Source: Candidatus Guanabacterium sedimentis
GTDB lineage: Bacteria; Acidobacteriota; B3-B38; Guanabaribacteriales; B3-B38
DNA: 64,000 nucleotides
Direction of reading: 5' to 3'
NCBI GenBank assembly: GCA_902505605.1
Contig: CABWKN010000093.1
Span: 266 to 64,265 of the forward strand
The notes beneath the pieces were generated by a model, which was not told where the DNA came from, did no database searches, and was given only the letters and a program-made list of their open reading frames with translations. Each line of letters starts with the position of its first letter. Position 1 is the first letter of the stretch. A program made the translations under genes and the position numbers. Shown here piece after piece: positions 21,299-30,979 of the stretch.

Positions 21299-21757
21299 CC
21301 TTTATGGTGTAAGACTTTTTAATTTCTCCACGGCTTCTTGGATAGGGGACACAAAATTCAATATATTTCACAAGCACATAGAAAGAATTGTTTAAACAAT
21401 ACTGTTAAAGTTCCTTCTGAGTTCTCAAGATTGTTGTGGAGCAAATCCGTTTGACATTATTGCTCAAGCCACTCGTAATTGTAATTGTGGTTTTCAACTC
21501 CACCACAGCTCGGAGTGGTGCTACCGACAACTTTACTGTTGCGTCGGGATTTCTAAATCGCAAAGCAATGTAAATTTTTGCTACTCAGACTGTTGTAAAA
21601 TTCTATAATCAGTACATTATCCCTTCCTCTCCACTGTGGGCGAGGATGGCAGTCTTTCATTCTTGGTGTTTTGAACCTGTGATCAACCAGAAATGTTCGA
21701 CCTTCGTTTTTATTCCGAGGTCATGCGGTCCGATGCCGCATCCGAATTGATACCAGT

Positions 21758-23206
21758 TTAGTATTGAACGCCAAACTCCTTTTTGAAGGCTTCACCCAGC
21801 TTTGTTCCCCAATTATCTATAGGCTCTAACTTGCCAAAAAAGAACCTCAGTACTGGCGGCTCCTCAACAAATTTTAGTCCCTTAATGAGATCCCGGTGAC
21901 GGTACAGCCATTGTATCCTGTCGACCACATATTCAATGTGAGACATGGTATAAACCCTTCTGGGAACTGCGAGCCGGGCCAGTTCTAAATCTGAGTATAC
22001 CTCGTTCCCGTCTTTGTCTCGGTCCATGGAAATGGTGCCTCTCTCCATGCTCCTTACTCCGGAAACAATGTAAATGGCCGCAGCCAGAGCGCCGGCGGGA
22101 TATTGGGATTGTGGAATATGGGGCAAGAACATCATGGCATCGATGTGACAAGCCAACCCCCCCGGCGGGGTTACTACTGGAATTCCGTTTTCTATGACAC
22201 CTTCGACAAAATATTTAACCTGTTCTGGGACACTTCCGGCAACATTTATGTCCGTCATCTCCCTGAGCCCAACTGCCATAGCTTCTATCTCTTTGCTTGA
22301 CATCCCACCATAAGTAAGAAAGCCTTCGTAAACCGGAAGCCAGGGCTTTATCCTTTCATATAAATCTTCATTGTTGGTAGCGATAAATGCCCCTTTTACA
22401 CAACTGCTTTTCCTCGCACTCAGATAGAAAAGGTCAATAAAGCTCATGAATTCCTTGATTATCTCTTTGATTGTTTTATTCTTGTATCCTTCTTCTCTAA
22501 GCTTTATGAAATAGGCATTTTCGGGTACCAAGCTTCCATCTAATACCAATGGAATATTATGCTCTGAACATATTTGCTTCACCTGTTTCAAATTTTGCAT
22601 TGAAAAAGGTTGCCCACCGAGCAGATTGGTGGTGGCCTCCATCCTCACGAATGGTATTCTGCCCGTCCCATATTTTGTTATGGCATCCTTCAGCTTCTGG
22701 ATATTTAAATTACCCTTGAAGGGATGTTTACTCTGGGTGTTGAGGGCCTCATCTTCGTAAATTTCCAGGACCTGTCCACCGAAAAGCTCAATGTGCGCTT
22801 TGGTAGTGGTAAAATGATAGTTCATGGGGATGATGTCACCTGGCTTCTTGATGAAAACTTTGGCTAAAAGATGCTCAGCCGCTCTTCCCTGGTGTGTGGG
22901 CAAAACATAACGAAAGCCCAGCACATCTTCTATAGCCCGGGCTAACTTGTAGAAGCTTTCGCTACCAGCATAAGCATCATCGGAAACCATCATCGCTGCC
23001 AGTTGATTGTCGCTCATAGCATTGGTCCCGCTGTCAGTGAGCATATCAATGAATATGTCTTTGCTTTTTAGTGAGAAGGTGTTGTAACCACCTTCTTCTA
23101 TAGCCTTGAGCCTCTTTTCAACCGGCACTAAACTGGCTTTCTGCACAATCCTTACTTTGTGCATCTCTATGGGAATCTCTTTTCCTGTAGATAGCCTTAT
23201 GTTCAT
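21758..23206 (-). CDS. Beta-eliminating lyase (tryptophanase/tyrosine phenol-lyase family, PLP-dependent)
   Basis: 482 aa. Family-wide similarity to TnaA/TPL (DSGTNAMSDNQ, SARKSSCVKG with the PLP lysine retained). Strong GAGGAGG RBS. Confidence 0.8.
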   Translation of the reverse strand: MNIRLSTGKEIPIEMHKVRIVQKASLVPVEKRLKAIEEGGYNTFSLKSKDIFIDMLTDSGTNAMSDNQLAAMMVSDDAYAGSESFYKLARAIEDVLGFRYVLPTHQGRAAEHLLAKVFIKKPGDIIPMNYHFTTTKAHIELFGGQVLEIYEDEALNTQSKHPFKGNLNIQKLKDAITKYGTGRIPFVRMEATTNLLGGQPFSMQNLKQVKQICSEHNIPLVLDGSLVPENAYFIKLREEGYKNKTIKEIIKEFMSFIDLFYLSARKSSCVKGAFIATNNEDLYERIKPWLPVYEGFLTYGGMSSKEIEAMAVGLREMTDINVAGSVPEQVKYFVEGVIENGIPVVTPPGGLACHIDAMMFLPHIPQSQYPAGALAAAIYIVSGVRSMERGTISMDRDKDGNEVYSDLELARLAVPRRVYTMSHIEYVVDRIQWLYRHRDLIKGLKFVEEPPVLRFFFGKLEPIDNWGTKLGEAFKKEFGVQY

Positions 23207-23476
23207 ATCTACCTCCTCATTTTTGGATAATACTTGTGCTTATCATCCCCTGTTGTGCGATAACTAATACTACCATAAAATAGAGGAATATCAAGGGGAA
23301 AATCCCTATTTGAGTTAATAGCAACTTATTTGCCGACTTTCTTAAGTTGAAATAACAGTAACAGGCATTAAAGCATCAGACTTACTGCTTAAAATTACCT
23401 TTTTGCTTTTAAGTCCTTTACTGGTCAGTTAAACGAGGCTGATTTACAGCGGTAGATTTATTGGTAAACCTTAGGG

Positions 23477-24031
23477 CTATTTCTCCTCCTTTTTATCCTC
23501 AGAGGTGATAATTTGCTCAAATTCCTCTAAGGTGGGCAGCTCCGATAGGTTTTTTAAGCCAAAGTGGATGAGGAATTCCCGGCTGGTTCTGTAAATAAGG
23601 GGCCGTCCAACCACTTTCTTTCTTCCCTTTATTTTAATAAGTCGCTTTTCTAATAGAGTCTTTAAGACTCCGGTGGAATCCACTCCCCGGATGGCGGAGA
23701 TTTCGGGATTAGTTATGGGTTGTCGGTAAGCGATCATAGCCAGAGTCTCCAGAGCCGGCAGCGAGAGCTTTATTTTTGAAGAGAGGGCGAAGTGCTTTCT
23801 TATCCATCGGTCGTATTGAGGACGGGTAACTATCTGGTACCCACCGGCTACTTCCATAATGCTTACCCCACGGTTATCACTGTTGTAATCTGATATCAGC
23901 TCGTTGAGAGCCTCTTTTATTATCTTATCTCCTGCTTCATCAATAACTTTGACCATCTGCTCCATAGAGATAGGTTCGGAAGAAAGGCAGAGAAGGGCTT
24001 CAATTATGGCTTTAAGCTCCCTCTTTTCCAT
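23477..24031 (-). CDS. scpB: Segregation and condensation protein B
   Basis: 184 aa winged-helix ScpB pattern (EALLCLSSEPIS...SAIRGVDSTGVLKTLLEKRLI). Confidence 0.85.
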   Translation of the reverse strand: MEKRELKAIIEALLCLSSEPISMEQMVKVIDEAGDKIIKEALNELISDYNSDNRGVSIMEVAGGYQIVTRPQYDRWIRKHFALSSKIKLSLPALETLAMIAYRQPITNPEISAIRGVDSTGVLKTLLEKRLIKIKGRKKVVGRPLIYRTSREFLIHFGLKNLSELPTLEEFEQIITSEDKKEEK

Positions 24032-24779
24032 TTCCTTTGGCTCCCTTCTTTGGAGAGGGGAGTATAAATATTTCTTTAAATTTTTTGGTTTGATATAAGC
24101 GAATAAGTTGCTGGCGAACCAGTTCCAGCAGGGCTAAAAAAGTGACAATAAGCTCCTCCCGTGATTTCAGCTCCCTGGCCAATTGAAAGAACTCCAATCT
24201 TTCTTCCTGATAAAGTCTCTCCATCATTTCTTCCATTTTATCCTCAACAGTGTAATGGTTTGGGCTCAGGTGGATGGGCTTCTCTTCTTTTCTGCTCTGC
24301 AGCACATTATAAAAAGCGGCAACTATGTCGAATACTGTCGCCTCAATGAGAATGTTCTCTTCCCCGGAGGGGATTTCGGAAGTGAGCTCAGCGCGACTCC
24401 ATAGAGAAGAGTGCTCCTTCTCTTTCTCCCTTAGCAATCGAGCGGCTTGTTGGAATTTTTGATGCTCCAGCAGCTGGGTGGTCAGCTCCGTTCGGAGATG
24501 GTCGAGTTCCTCCTTATCCACCTCCGGGATGGGCTGAGGGACGAGCATCTTTGATTTCATATAAATAAGGGTAGCGGCCATAAGGAGGAAATCGCTGGCG
24601 AAATCGAGGTTGAGCTCCTTCATCATATTAATATAGTTAAGATATTGCCGGGTAATAGAGGCTATGGGGATATTATAAATATCTATCTGCTCGGTGTGAA
24701 TGATATGAAGCAGGAGGTCTACTGGTCCCTCAAAGGCAGGCAGTTTTACTTTAAACTCTGACTCTACCTCTCGCTCCAT
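24012..24779 (-). CDS. scpA: Segregation and condensation protein A
   Basis: 255 aa. Sits upstream of scpB with overlap. FEGPVDLLLHII ScpA N-terminus. Confidence 0.8.
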   Translation of the reverse strand: MEREVESEFKVKLPAFEGPVDLLLHIIHTEQIDIYNIPIASITRQYLNYINMMKELNLDFASDFLLMAATLIYMKSKMLVPQPIPEVDKEELDHLRTELTTQLLEHQKFQQAARLLREKEKEHSSLWSRAELTSEIPSGEENILIEATVFDIVAAFYNVLQSRKEEKPIHLSPNHYTVEDKMEEMMERLYQEERLEFFQLARELKSREELIVTFLALLELVRQQLIRLYQTKKFKEIFILPSPKKGAKGNGKEGA

Positions 24780-25793
24780 TTAAATTCCCATCGCCACTTT
24801 TACCTCTGCCATGGTGGCTGTGGCTACTGTTCTGGCTTTATTTGCCCCTTTGGAAAGGACTTCATGAACAAGATCGGGCTTGGATAGATATTGTCTTCTT
24901 TTTTCCTGGTAGGGGGATAGGGCATCTGTTAACTGCCTGGCGAGGTACTCCTTGCAATCAGTACAGCCGATTAGCCCTTTCTGACAATCGCTCTCTATCT
25001 GTTTGACCTTGTCGTCAGGTGCGAAGAGCTTATGATAAGAGAAGAGATTGCACAGATGGGGTCTTCCAGAGTCGTTCCTTTTTATCCTTTGCGGGTCGGT
25101 AAACATCGACATTACTTTGCGATGTATCACCTCAGGCTCATCGGATATATTGATATAATTCTCATAGGTTTTGCTCATCTTTCTCCCATCCAGACCCAGC
25201 AGCTTGGGAGTTTTGGTCAGCAGAACCTCTGGCTCAGGGAAAATTGGCCGAAAAAAGTTGTTGAATCGTCTCACTATCTCGCGAGCTAACTCTACATGGG
25301 GAACCTGGTCCTCCCCTACCGGAACATAATTGGCTTTATAGATAATTATATCTGCAGTCTGGAGCAGAGGGTAGCCAAGAAATCCGTAAGTAGAAAGGTC
25401 TCTGTCAGCCAGCTCTCGCTGCTGCTCTTTATATGAGGGAACCCTCTCCAGCCAGGGAATAGGGACTATCATGGAGAGCAGAAGATGCAGCTCCGCATGA
25501 TCCGGGACATGGGATTGGATAAACAGGGTGCTCCTGCTGGGGTCTAACCCTATAGAGAGCCAGTCTACCGCCACCTCGAATATATAATCTTTGGTCTTTG
25601 AAGGGTCAGCATACTCAGTGGTCAGAGCGTGGTAGTCGACGATAGCGTAAAAACAATCATAATCATCCTGGAGCTTGACCCAGTTGAGCAATACCCCTAC
25701 CAGATGACCCAGGTGAGTTTTTCCTGTGGGACGCAGGCCGCTAAAAATACGCTTCTTATCCATCAGGCTACCCTCAGATAAGGAGGTTGACAA
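24780..25793 (-). CDS. trpS: Tryptophanyl-tRNA synthetase
   Basis: GLRPTGKTHLGHLVG (HIGH-class motif) and KMSKT. Confidence 0.9.
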   Translation of the reverse strand: MSTSLSEGSLMDKKRIFSGLRPTGKTHLGHLVGVLLNWVKLQDDYDCFYAIVDYHALTTEYADPSKTKDYIFEVAVDWLSIGLDPSRSTLFIQSHVPDHAELHLLLSMIVPIPWLERVPSYKEQQRELADRDLSTYGFLGYPLLQTADIIIYKANYVPVGEDQVPHVELAREIVRRFNNFFRPIFPEPEVLLTKTPKLLGLDGRKMSKTYENYINISDEPEVIHRKVMSMFTDPQRIKRNDSGRPHLCNLFSYHKLFAPDDKVKQIESDCQKGLIGCTDCKEYLARQLTDALSPYQEKRRQYLSKPDLVHEVLSKGANKARTVATATMAEVKVAMGI

Positions 25794-26406
25794 TAAAGCT
25801 CACTATGGGGAAGATGATTAAGCCGAATATTCCGGCAAACATCAGTATATAAAGGATAAATATGCCGAAAGGGCTGAGCCGCTGATATTTCCTGGCTGCC
25901 TCATCGGAGAGCAATCCCATCAACACCCCGCTTCCATCAAGCGGAGGTATAGGTATCAGGTTGAAAACAGCCAATAGAACATTAAGCAGGACGCCGAAGT
26001 AAAGAAAGCGGAAGAAAGGGGTGAAGAGAGGGTTTCCTATGGGGAGGCTCATCCGTGAGATATGAAATACCAGAGAAAAACCGACTGCCATAATCAGATT
26101 GCTGACCGGTCCCGAGGCGGATATGTACATATAATCGCGCTTGGGGTCTTTTAGATTCAAAGGATTGACGGGCACCGGTTTTGCCCATCCAATAAGCGGC
26201 CATCCAGATATAGCCGCCAGGATAGGGAAGATAACTGTACCCAACAGGTCGATATGAACAATAGGATTAAGAGAGATCCTCCCCAGAAGGCGGGCGGTGG
26301 AATCCCCTTTCTTATAAGCCAGCCAGGCATGAGCGCTTTCGTGAACGGTCAGGGAGAGGAGGATTACGATATACATAATGATAAAGTCTGCTATGGAATA
26401 GCGCAT
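25774..26406 (-). CDS. Site-2 protease family (peptidase M50) membrane metalloprotease
   Basis: HESAHAW HExxH motif in a TM helix plus a second LDG motif. 210 aa polytopic protein. Confidence 0.7.
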   Translation of the reverse strand: MRYSIADFIIMYIVILLSLTVHESAHAWLAYKKGDSTARLLGRISLNPIVHIDLLGTVIFPILAAISGWPLIGWAKPVPVNPLNLKDPKRDYMYISASGPVSNLIMAVGFSLVFHISRMSLPIGNPLFTPFFRFLYFGVLLNVLLAVFNLIPIPPLDGSGVLMGLLSDEAARKYQRLSPFGIFILYILMFAGIFGLIIFPIVSFIVNLLI

Positions 26407-27136
26407 AATTTATCCCTCAATAATTAGGATTTTTATCCTAACACACAGCCGACCTGCCTGTCAATAAGATGTTACTACCCTCAAAATTGCCGATAGGATT
26501 TTGCGACACTCATTTTCTGTCCCTGGTGAGGGATTATTTCCCTGTTTTATGTTTTTAAAGAGCGCTTCACAGCCAGAAGAGCATGCAGGCCATGCCCACA
26601 GCTATCATAGAAGACACTTCCTGCTTCTGGCAGGGACACCCTCTTCTTTTTTTCTTTCTCTTAAGCTCCTCTCTCAGGTGAACTCAAGGCAGAAGTGTCG
26701 CATCATAAGATAGAGCTGGAATTTCTCCTCGGTAGTAGCCAGTTTTAATATCAGGCTTCCTCCGTGGCTGATGAGTTTACCGGGTATCTCTATCAACGCC
26801 CACCTCAGCCATCCTCCTCAGCCCTATCAGCTTCCTCAAGGCTTTATCCTCCGCTATCTCCCTCACATCCTCCACATGCCTGCCTCCCCCCTTAGAGCAT
26901 CAGCATCAAAGGCTCTATAAACTGCCAAGCACCATAGCCCCGGTTGGAGCAGGCAGCGGGGAGTAGTAATATTGTCTTGGCTCATTTTTAACTTGAGAGA
27001 TAACATCGTTTGCTTCATCATAGGGTAACCCCCTTTTTGGTGGGTTATACTCACTTTAAACCAGGAGGGGGTTATACACTTTTATGAACTCCTACATCTA
27101 TTTTTGGGTAGGGAAAAGAGCTTGTCAGTCGAGGTT

Positions 27137-27697
27137 TTAAGGCTTTCTGCCGAGGTGTTTCCATAAGGAAATATGGCTATCGCCAGCCGCTAATACCTTA
27201 AAGGGAATAAATATATCCTCCGGCAGGGATAATTGATCTTTATAAAAATGTTCCATAGCAAGTAGAGCCCCTTCTCTGAAGAGTTCCAGAGAGGAGATAA
27301 CCTGTATGAGCGACGAATAGTCGAATTGGTAAGGTGGGTCAAAGAATAAAATATCGAACCTTATATTCTGGCGACTTAGACGCTTCAATCCAGCATAGTA
27401 ATTTTCCTGGATAATCCTATAGGCTAATTTTGCCTGCAGTAATTCTATATTCTGCCGGATGTTCTTTATCGCTCTGGCTTCCGATTCCAGGAAGACTACC
27501 TCTTTGGCTCCGCGGCTCAGGGCTTCGATGCCCACTCCTCCTGAGCCGGCAAAGCAGTCGAGGAAAACCGAGCCTCTAATCCAGGGAGAAATGGCATCAA
27601 ATAAGGCTTTTTTGAGCCTCTGGCTGGTGGGTCTGGTGGCAGTTCCTCGTAGGCTCTTGAGCTTAATCCCCTTGAAAGCTCCTGCGATTACCCTCAT
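27137..27697 (-). CDS. rsmD: 16S rRNA (guanine966-N2)-methyltransferase
   Basis: LDCFAGSGGVGIEALSRGA and FFDPPY motifs. Confidence 0.8.
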   Translation of the reverse strand: MRVIAGAFKGIKLKSLRGTATRPTSQRLKKALFDAISPWIRGSVFLDCFAGSGGVGIEALSRGAKEVVFLESEARAIKNIRQNIELLQAKLAYRIIQENYYAGLKRLSRQNIRFDILFFDPPYQFDYSSLIQVISSLELFREGALLAMEHFYKDQLSLPEDIFIPFKVLAAGDSHISLWKHLGRKP

Positions 27698-27698
27698 T

Positions 27699-29807
27699 CT
27701 ATCCCACCAATTTCAATCCAAACCTCTTTTCCCAGTTGTTCTGTACGAACCTGATCAAGGGATCTGCAGCTAATCGACCTGTCCGCTCAAGGTAGTTAAA
27801 GTAAGAAAAAGCTTCTTTTCTCGCACGCTCCAGCAAATGGTGATCTCTCACCAGATTTCCCACCCGGAGGTCGGGCATTCCTGTCTGGCGGGTGCCGAAG
27901 AACTCCCCCGGTCCTCGCAGCTCAAGGTCTTTTTCGGCGATGTAGAAGCCATCGCTGCTCTGTTTGATTGCCTGCAGCCGCTGTCGAGCCTCAGGAGTAA
28001 TGGGGCTGTCAGCCATGAGAATGCAATAGGATTTAGTATCCCCTCTGCCGATGCGCCCCCGTAGCTGATGAAGTTGGGACAGCCCAAAGCGGTCGGCATG
28101 TTCGATAACCATCACCGTGGCGGTGGGGACATCGACTCCTTCCTCTATTACGGTGGTTGCTACCAGAATATCTGTCTCCCCAGCGGTGAATGCCCTCATC
28201 ACCTCCTCCTTTTCCCCACTCTTCATCCGCCCGTGAATGAGAGCCACCTTGAAGTCGGGGAAAACCTCTTTTTTAAGCCGCGCTGCCATCTCCCTGGCAG
28301 CTTTCAGCTCTAATTTTTCCGAGGGCTCCACTACAGGATAGACGAGGTAAATCTGTCCCCCTTGGCTTATCTTCTTCTTGATAAAGTTGTAGACCTCCTT
28401 TCTGCTTTTCTCGCTTTTGTATACGGTGGTTATTGGTTTTCGCCCCGGTGGAAGCTGATCTATTACAGATATGTCAAGGTCTCCGTAGAAGGTGAGGGCT
28501 AATGAGCGGGGTATCGGAGTGGCGGTCATAATTAGCACATTGGGGAACTCACCTTTTCTGATCAGCCTGGAGCGCTGCATCACGCCAAATCGGTGCTGTT
28601 CGTCAATTACCACCAGACCGAGCTTATAGAAGTAAACCCCCTCCTGTATAATAGCGTGAGTGCCCACTACCAGGTTGACTTTTCCTTCTTTAATATCTTT
28701 CCGGATTTGCTCCCTCTCTTCCTTTTTTACCCCCCGACTGAGGAGGGCGATGCGGTAGGAGCTGTGGGAGAGGAGGGACCTGATGGTGGCGTAGTGTTGT
28801 TCTGCCAGAATCTCTGTAGGCGCCATAAGGGCAGCTTGGTAGCCGTTCTCTATGGCGATGAGTATCGCCAGCAGGGCGACGATGGTCTTTCCGGAGCCCA
28901 CATCCCCCTGCAAGAGGCGGTTCATCGCCTGAGGCGACTTCATATCTTCTACTATCTCCTTCAGAACCTTACGCTGAGCAGGCGTCAGATGGAAGGGAAG
29001 GGTTTTTTTCAGCACCTCGCGAATGTGGTTATTGATGGAGAAAGTAATGCCCTTATCTTTAGGAGAATACCTTCTCTTTCTCAAAGCTAAGCCAGCCTGT
29101 AAGAGGAAGAACTCCTCAAAAATGAGATGCTTATGGGCAAGGGAGCGAAACCTGTTCAGTTCATCGATTGATGTCTTCGCTGGGGGGAAATGGACCTCCT
29201 TCAATGCTCTCCATTTGGGGATCAGCCCCAGGCGCTTACTTATCTGCTGGGGTATGATTTCCGGGATGTGCTCGGTGAGCTCTCCAACCAGATGATAGAG
29301 TATTTTCCTGTATAATTTTACCGATAATCCGGTGATTCTGGAGTAGATGGGGACTATTCTCCCCATATGGATGGAAGGAGTCTCATTTTCATCAGATATT
29401 TCGTATTCGGGATTTTCCAACTGTAATGTAAAGCTCTTTTGGTAGCTTAGTTTCACGGTCCCGTGCAGGAGCACCCTCTGCCCGGCCCGAAAAACCTCAT
29501 TGAGATAAGGTTGATTGAACCACAGGGCTTTTAGAGCTGCGGTGCCGTCGTCGACCAGCATCTGGAAGATGGTGAACCCTTTCCTCCTGGTGGTCTGAAG
29601 ATGGCAATCCAGGATGGTGCCCAGAATGGTCACTTCTTCGCCCGCTTTCACATCGGATATTTTTTTGAAATGCTCCCGGTCTTCATAGCGATAAGGGAAG
29701 CGGTAAAGGGCGTCTTCAGCGGTCTGGATGCCCGCTTTTTTTAATATTTTTCCCCGAAAGGGACCTACGCCCTTTACATACTGTATTGGAGTGGAAAGTT
29801 CCAGCAT
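27699..29807 (-). CDS. recG: ATP-dependent DNA helicase RecG
   Basis: 702 aa. Wedge domain plus DEQHRFG / GDVGSGKT helicase motifs. Confidence 0.9.
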   Translation of the reverse strand: MLELSTPIQYVKGVGPFRGKILKKAGIQTAEDALYRFPYRYEDREHFKKISDVKAGEEVTILGTILDCHLQTTRRKGFTIFQMLVDDGTAALKALWFNQPYLNEVFRAGQRVLLHGTVKLSYQKSFTLQLENPEYEISDENETPSIHMGRIVPIYSRITGLSVKLYRKILYHLVGELTEHIPEIIPQQISKRLGLIPKWRALKEVHFPPAKTSIDELNRFRSLAHKHLIFEEFFLLQAGLALRKRRYSPKDKGITFSINNHIREVLKKTLPFHLTPAQRKVLKEIVEDMKSPQAMNRLLQGDVGSGKTIVALLAILIAIENGYQAALMAPTEILAEQHYATIRSLLSHSSYRIALLSRGVKKEEREQIRKDIKEGKVNLVVGTHAIIQEGVYFYKLGLVVIDEQHRFGVMQRSRLIRKGEFPNVLIMTATPIPRSLALTFYGDLDISVIDQLPPGRKPITTVYKSEKSRKEVYNFIKKKISQGGQIYLVYPVVEPSEKLELKAAREMAARLKKEVFPDFKVALIHGRMKSGEKEEVMRAFTAGETDILVATTVIEEGVDVPTATVMVIEHADRFGLSQLHQLRGRIGRGDTKSYCILMADSPITPEARQRLQAIKQSSDGFYIAEKDLELRGPGEFFGTRQTGMPDLRVGNLVRDHHLLERARKEAFSYFNYLERTGRLAADPLIRFVQNNWEKRFGLKLVG

Positions 29808-29817
29808 TGTTTACCAA

Positions 29818-29836
29818 GCTAACAAGCGCTGTTAGC
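29818..29836. promoter_or_regulatory. Perfect 19-bp palindrome GCTAACAAGCGCTGTTAGC in the recG/30011 divergent region
   Basis: Read directly from the sequence. Perfect dyad symmetry. Sits 10 bp upstream of the recG start. Confidence 0.4.
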
Positions 29837-29961
29837 CTTTAAGATATGGCTCACCGTTGATAAACAGCTCAGAAATTTTAAAGCTAATTTCTTAAAAATT
29901 CATTTTATCTTTAACTCCTTAAGTAGTCAAGAGATAATTGCTCCTCAGGATTTTGGGAAGG

Positions 29962-29990
29962 TTGACGTCTTACATTTGAACTGCTACAAT
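29962..29990 (+). promoter_or_regulatory. Candidate sigma70 promoter TTGACG-17 bp-TACAAT
   Basis: Near-consensus -35/-10 hexamers with a 17-bp spacer, about 20 bp upstream of the TTG start at 30011. That start has an AAAGGAGGGG RBS. Confidence 0.5.
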
Positions 29991-30010
29991 CTGGTCAAAA
30001 GGAGGGGTTT

Positions 30011-30805
30011 TTGAGCTCTATAGCGGTCATTGTTGCTCTGTCCTCTGAGCTCGCGGTGCTGCGGAAGAGGACTAACTCGATAATAAAGAGAGAGATAGGA
30101 GAGGTAAGATTTTTTCTGGGTAAGGCTGGCGGTCAACAGGTAATGCTGGTTCAATCGGGAGTCGGCTATAGAAAAGCACAGAGGGCTACTTCCTTGCTGC
30201 TGGAAAGCTACTCCCCAGAGTTGATTGTTTCCGCTGGCTACACGGGAGCGCTCCAGCCGCACCTCGGGGCAGCTGAGCTGGTCATCGCCCCGGAGATATA
30301 TGAGAGAGATTTGCAAGAAAAAAAAGGGAATGAGCAAGTTGAGGCTATAAGATTATCTGTAAGAATTGAGGACAGTATAGTGAGCTTTGCCCGGCAATTG
30401 GCAGAGGAGATGGGACTTCGTTATCATGATGGCAACCTTATGACATCGGCGAAGGTGGTTTCCGACCCGGCGAGCAAAGGGTTGCTGGGGCAAGAGCACC
30501 CCCTGGTAGCTGTTGATATGGAGACCGCAGCCGTCGGAAGGATGGCGGAAAAGAGTGGCATCCCCTTCCTTAGCATTCGCTCCGTTCTCGACCCCTTAGA
30601 CCTGAAGATAGACCTCCCCTGGGAACAATTTATTGACAGGCGAAGGCAGGTAAAGTTTGGATACAAGGTCGTATACTTCCTCAAGCAGCCATGGGTAGTT
30701 TGGCAGTTTATGAGAATATATAGAAATATGAGGCAGGCTTCTGCTGCTCTGGGTAAATATATTTACCATCTCATCCTCAATTGGGATAGGTTTGCCCGAT
30801 CGTAA
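30011..30805 (+). CDS. Nucleoside phosphorylase-family protein (MTA/SAH nucleosidase-like, HpnG/MqnB-like) with a C-terminal extension
   Basis: TTG start with a strong RBS. IAVIVALSSELAVL ... AVDMETAAV pattern of PNP_UDP_1 nucleosidases. Roughly 60 extra C-terminal residues. Confidence 0.5.
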   Translation: MSSIAVIVALSSELAVLRKRTNSIIKREIGEVRFFLGKAGGQQVMLVQSGVGYRKAQRATSLLLESYSPELIVSAGYTGALQPHLGAAELVIAPEIYERDLQEKKGNEQVEAIRLSVRIEDSIVSFARQLAEEMGLRYHDGNLMTSAKVVSDPASKGLLGQEHPLVAVDMETAAVGRMAEKSGIPFLSIRSVLDPLDLKIDLPWEQFIDRRRQVKFGYKVVYFLKQPWVVWQFMRIYRNMRQASAALGKYIYHLILNWDRFARS

Positions 30806-30979
30806 AAATATGAAGGGACTACTGACTCTCAAAAACTCCCTTGTGAGCAAAAAGGGCAGCGACTTGAAAGGGCTTCATTAGATGAATGTTGACCCCAGGG
30901 AGGAAAGTTCGTGTTGACTTGACGCCTCTAATAGGAGTAAACTAAGGGATTTGCTATGAATTTTTTAATTATATAAGGG

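Noticed and set aside
21299-21757. T-box riboswitch upstream of hisC.
   Set aside because: The conserved T-box sequence (AANNNGGGTGGNACCGCG) is not present on the minus (sense) strand. Only a weak TGGTGG was found. The region is kept as a generic candidate leader/sRNA instead.
23207-23476. Possible tnaC-like leader peptide upstream of the tryptophanase-family gene. A 19-codon ORF (MVVLVIAQQGMISTSIIQK) ends within the RBS.
   Set aside because: It has no Trp codon, so it cannot work like TnaC. It has no RBS of its own. It is probably fortuitous.
26863-27054. 63-aa minus-strand ORF inside the 730-bp gap.
   Set aside because: No Shine-Dalgarno sequence and no recognisable motif. The composition matches the surrounding non-coding DNA. 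The region is retained as a candidate ncRNA locus instead.
29808-30010. Chromosomal replication origin at the gene-orientation switch.
   Set aside because: No DnaA boxes (TTATCCACA or its complement) and no dnaA or dnaN nearby. ftsEX within the plus block breaks the orientation rule. A 200-bp gap is too short for a typical oriC.
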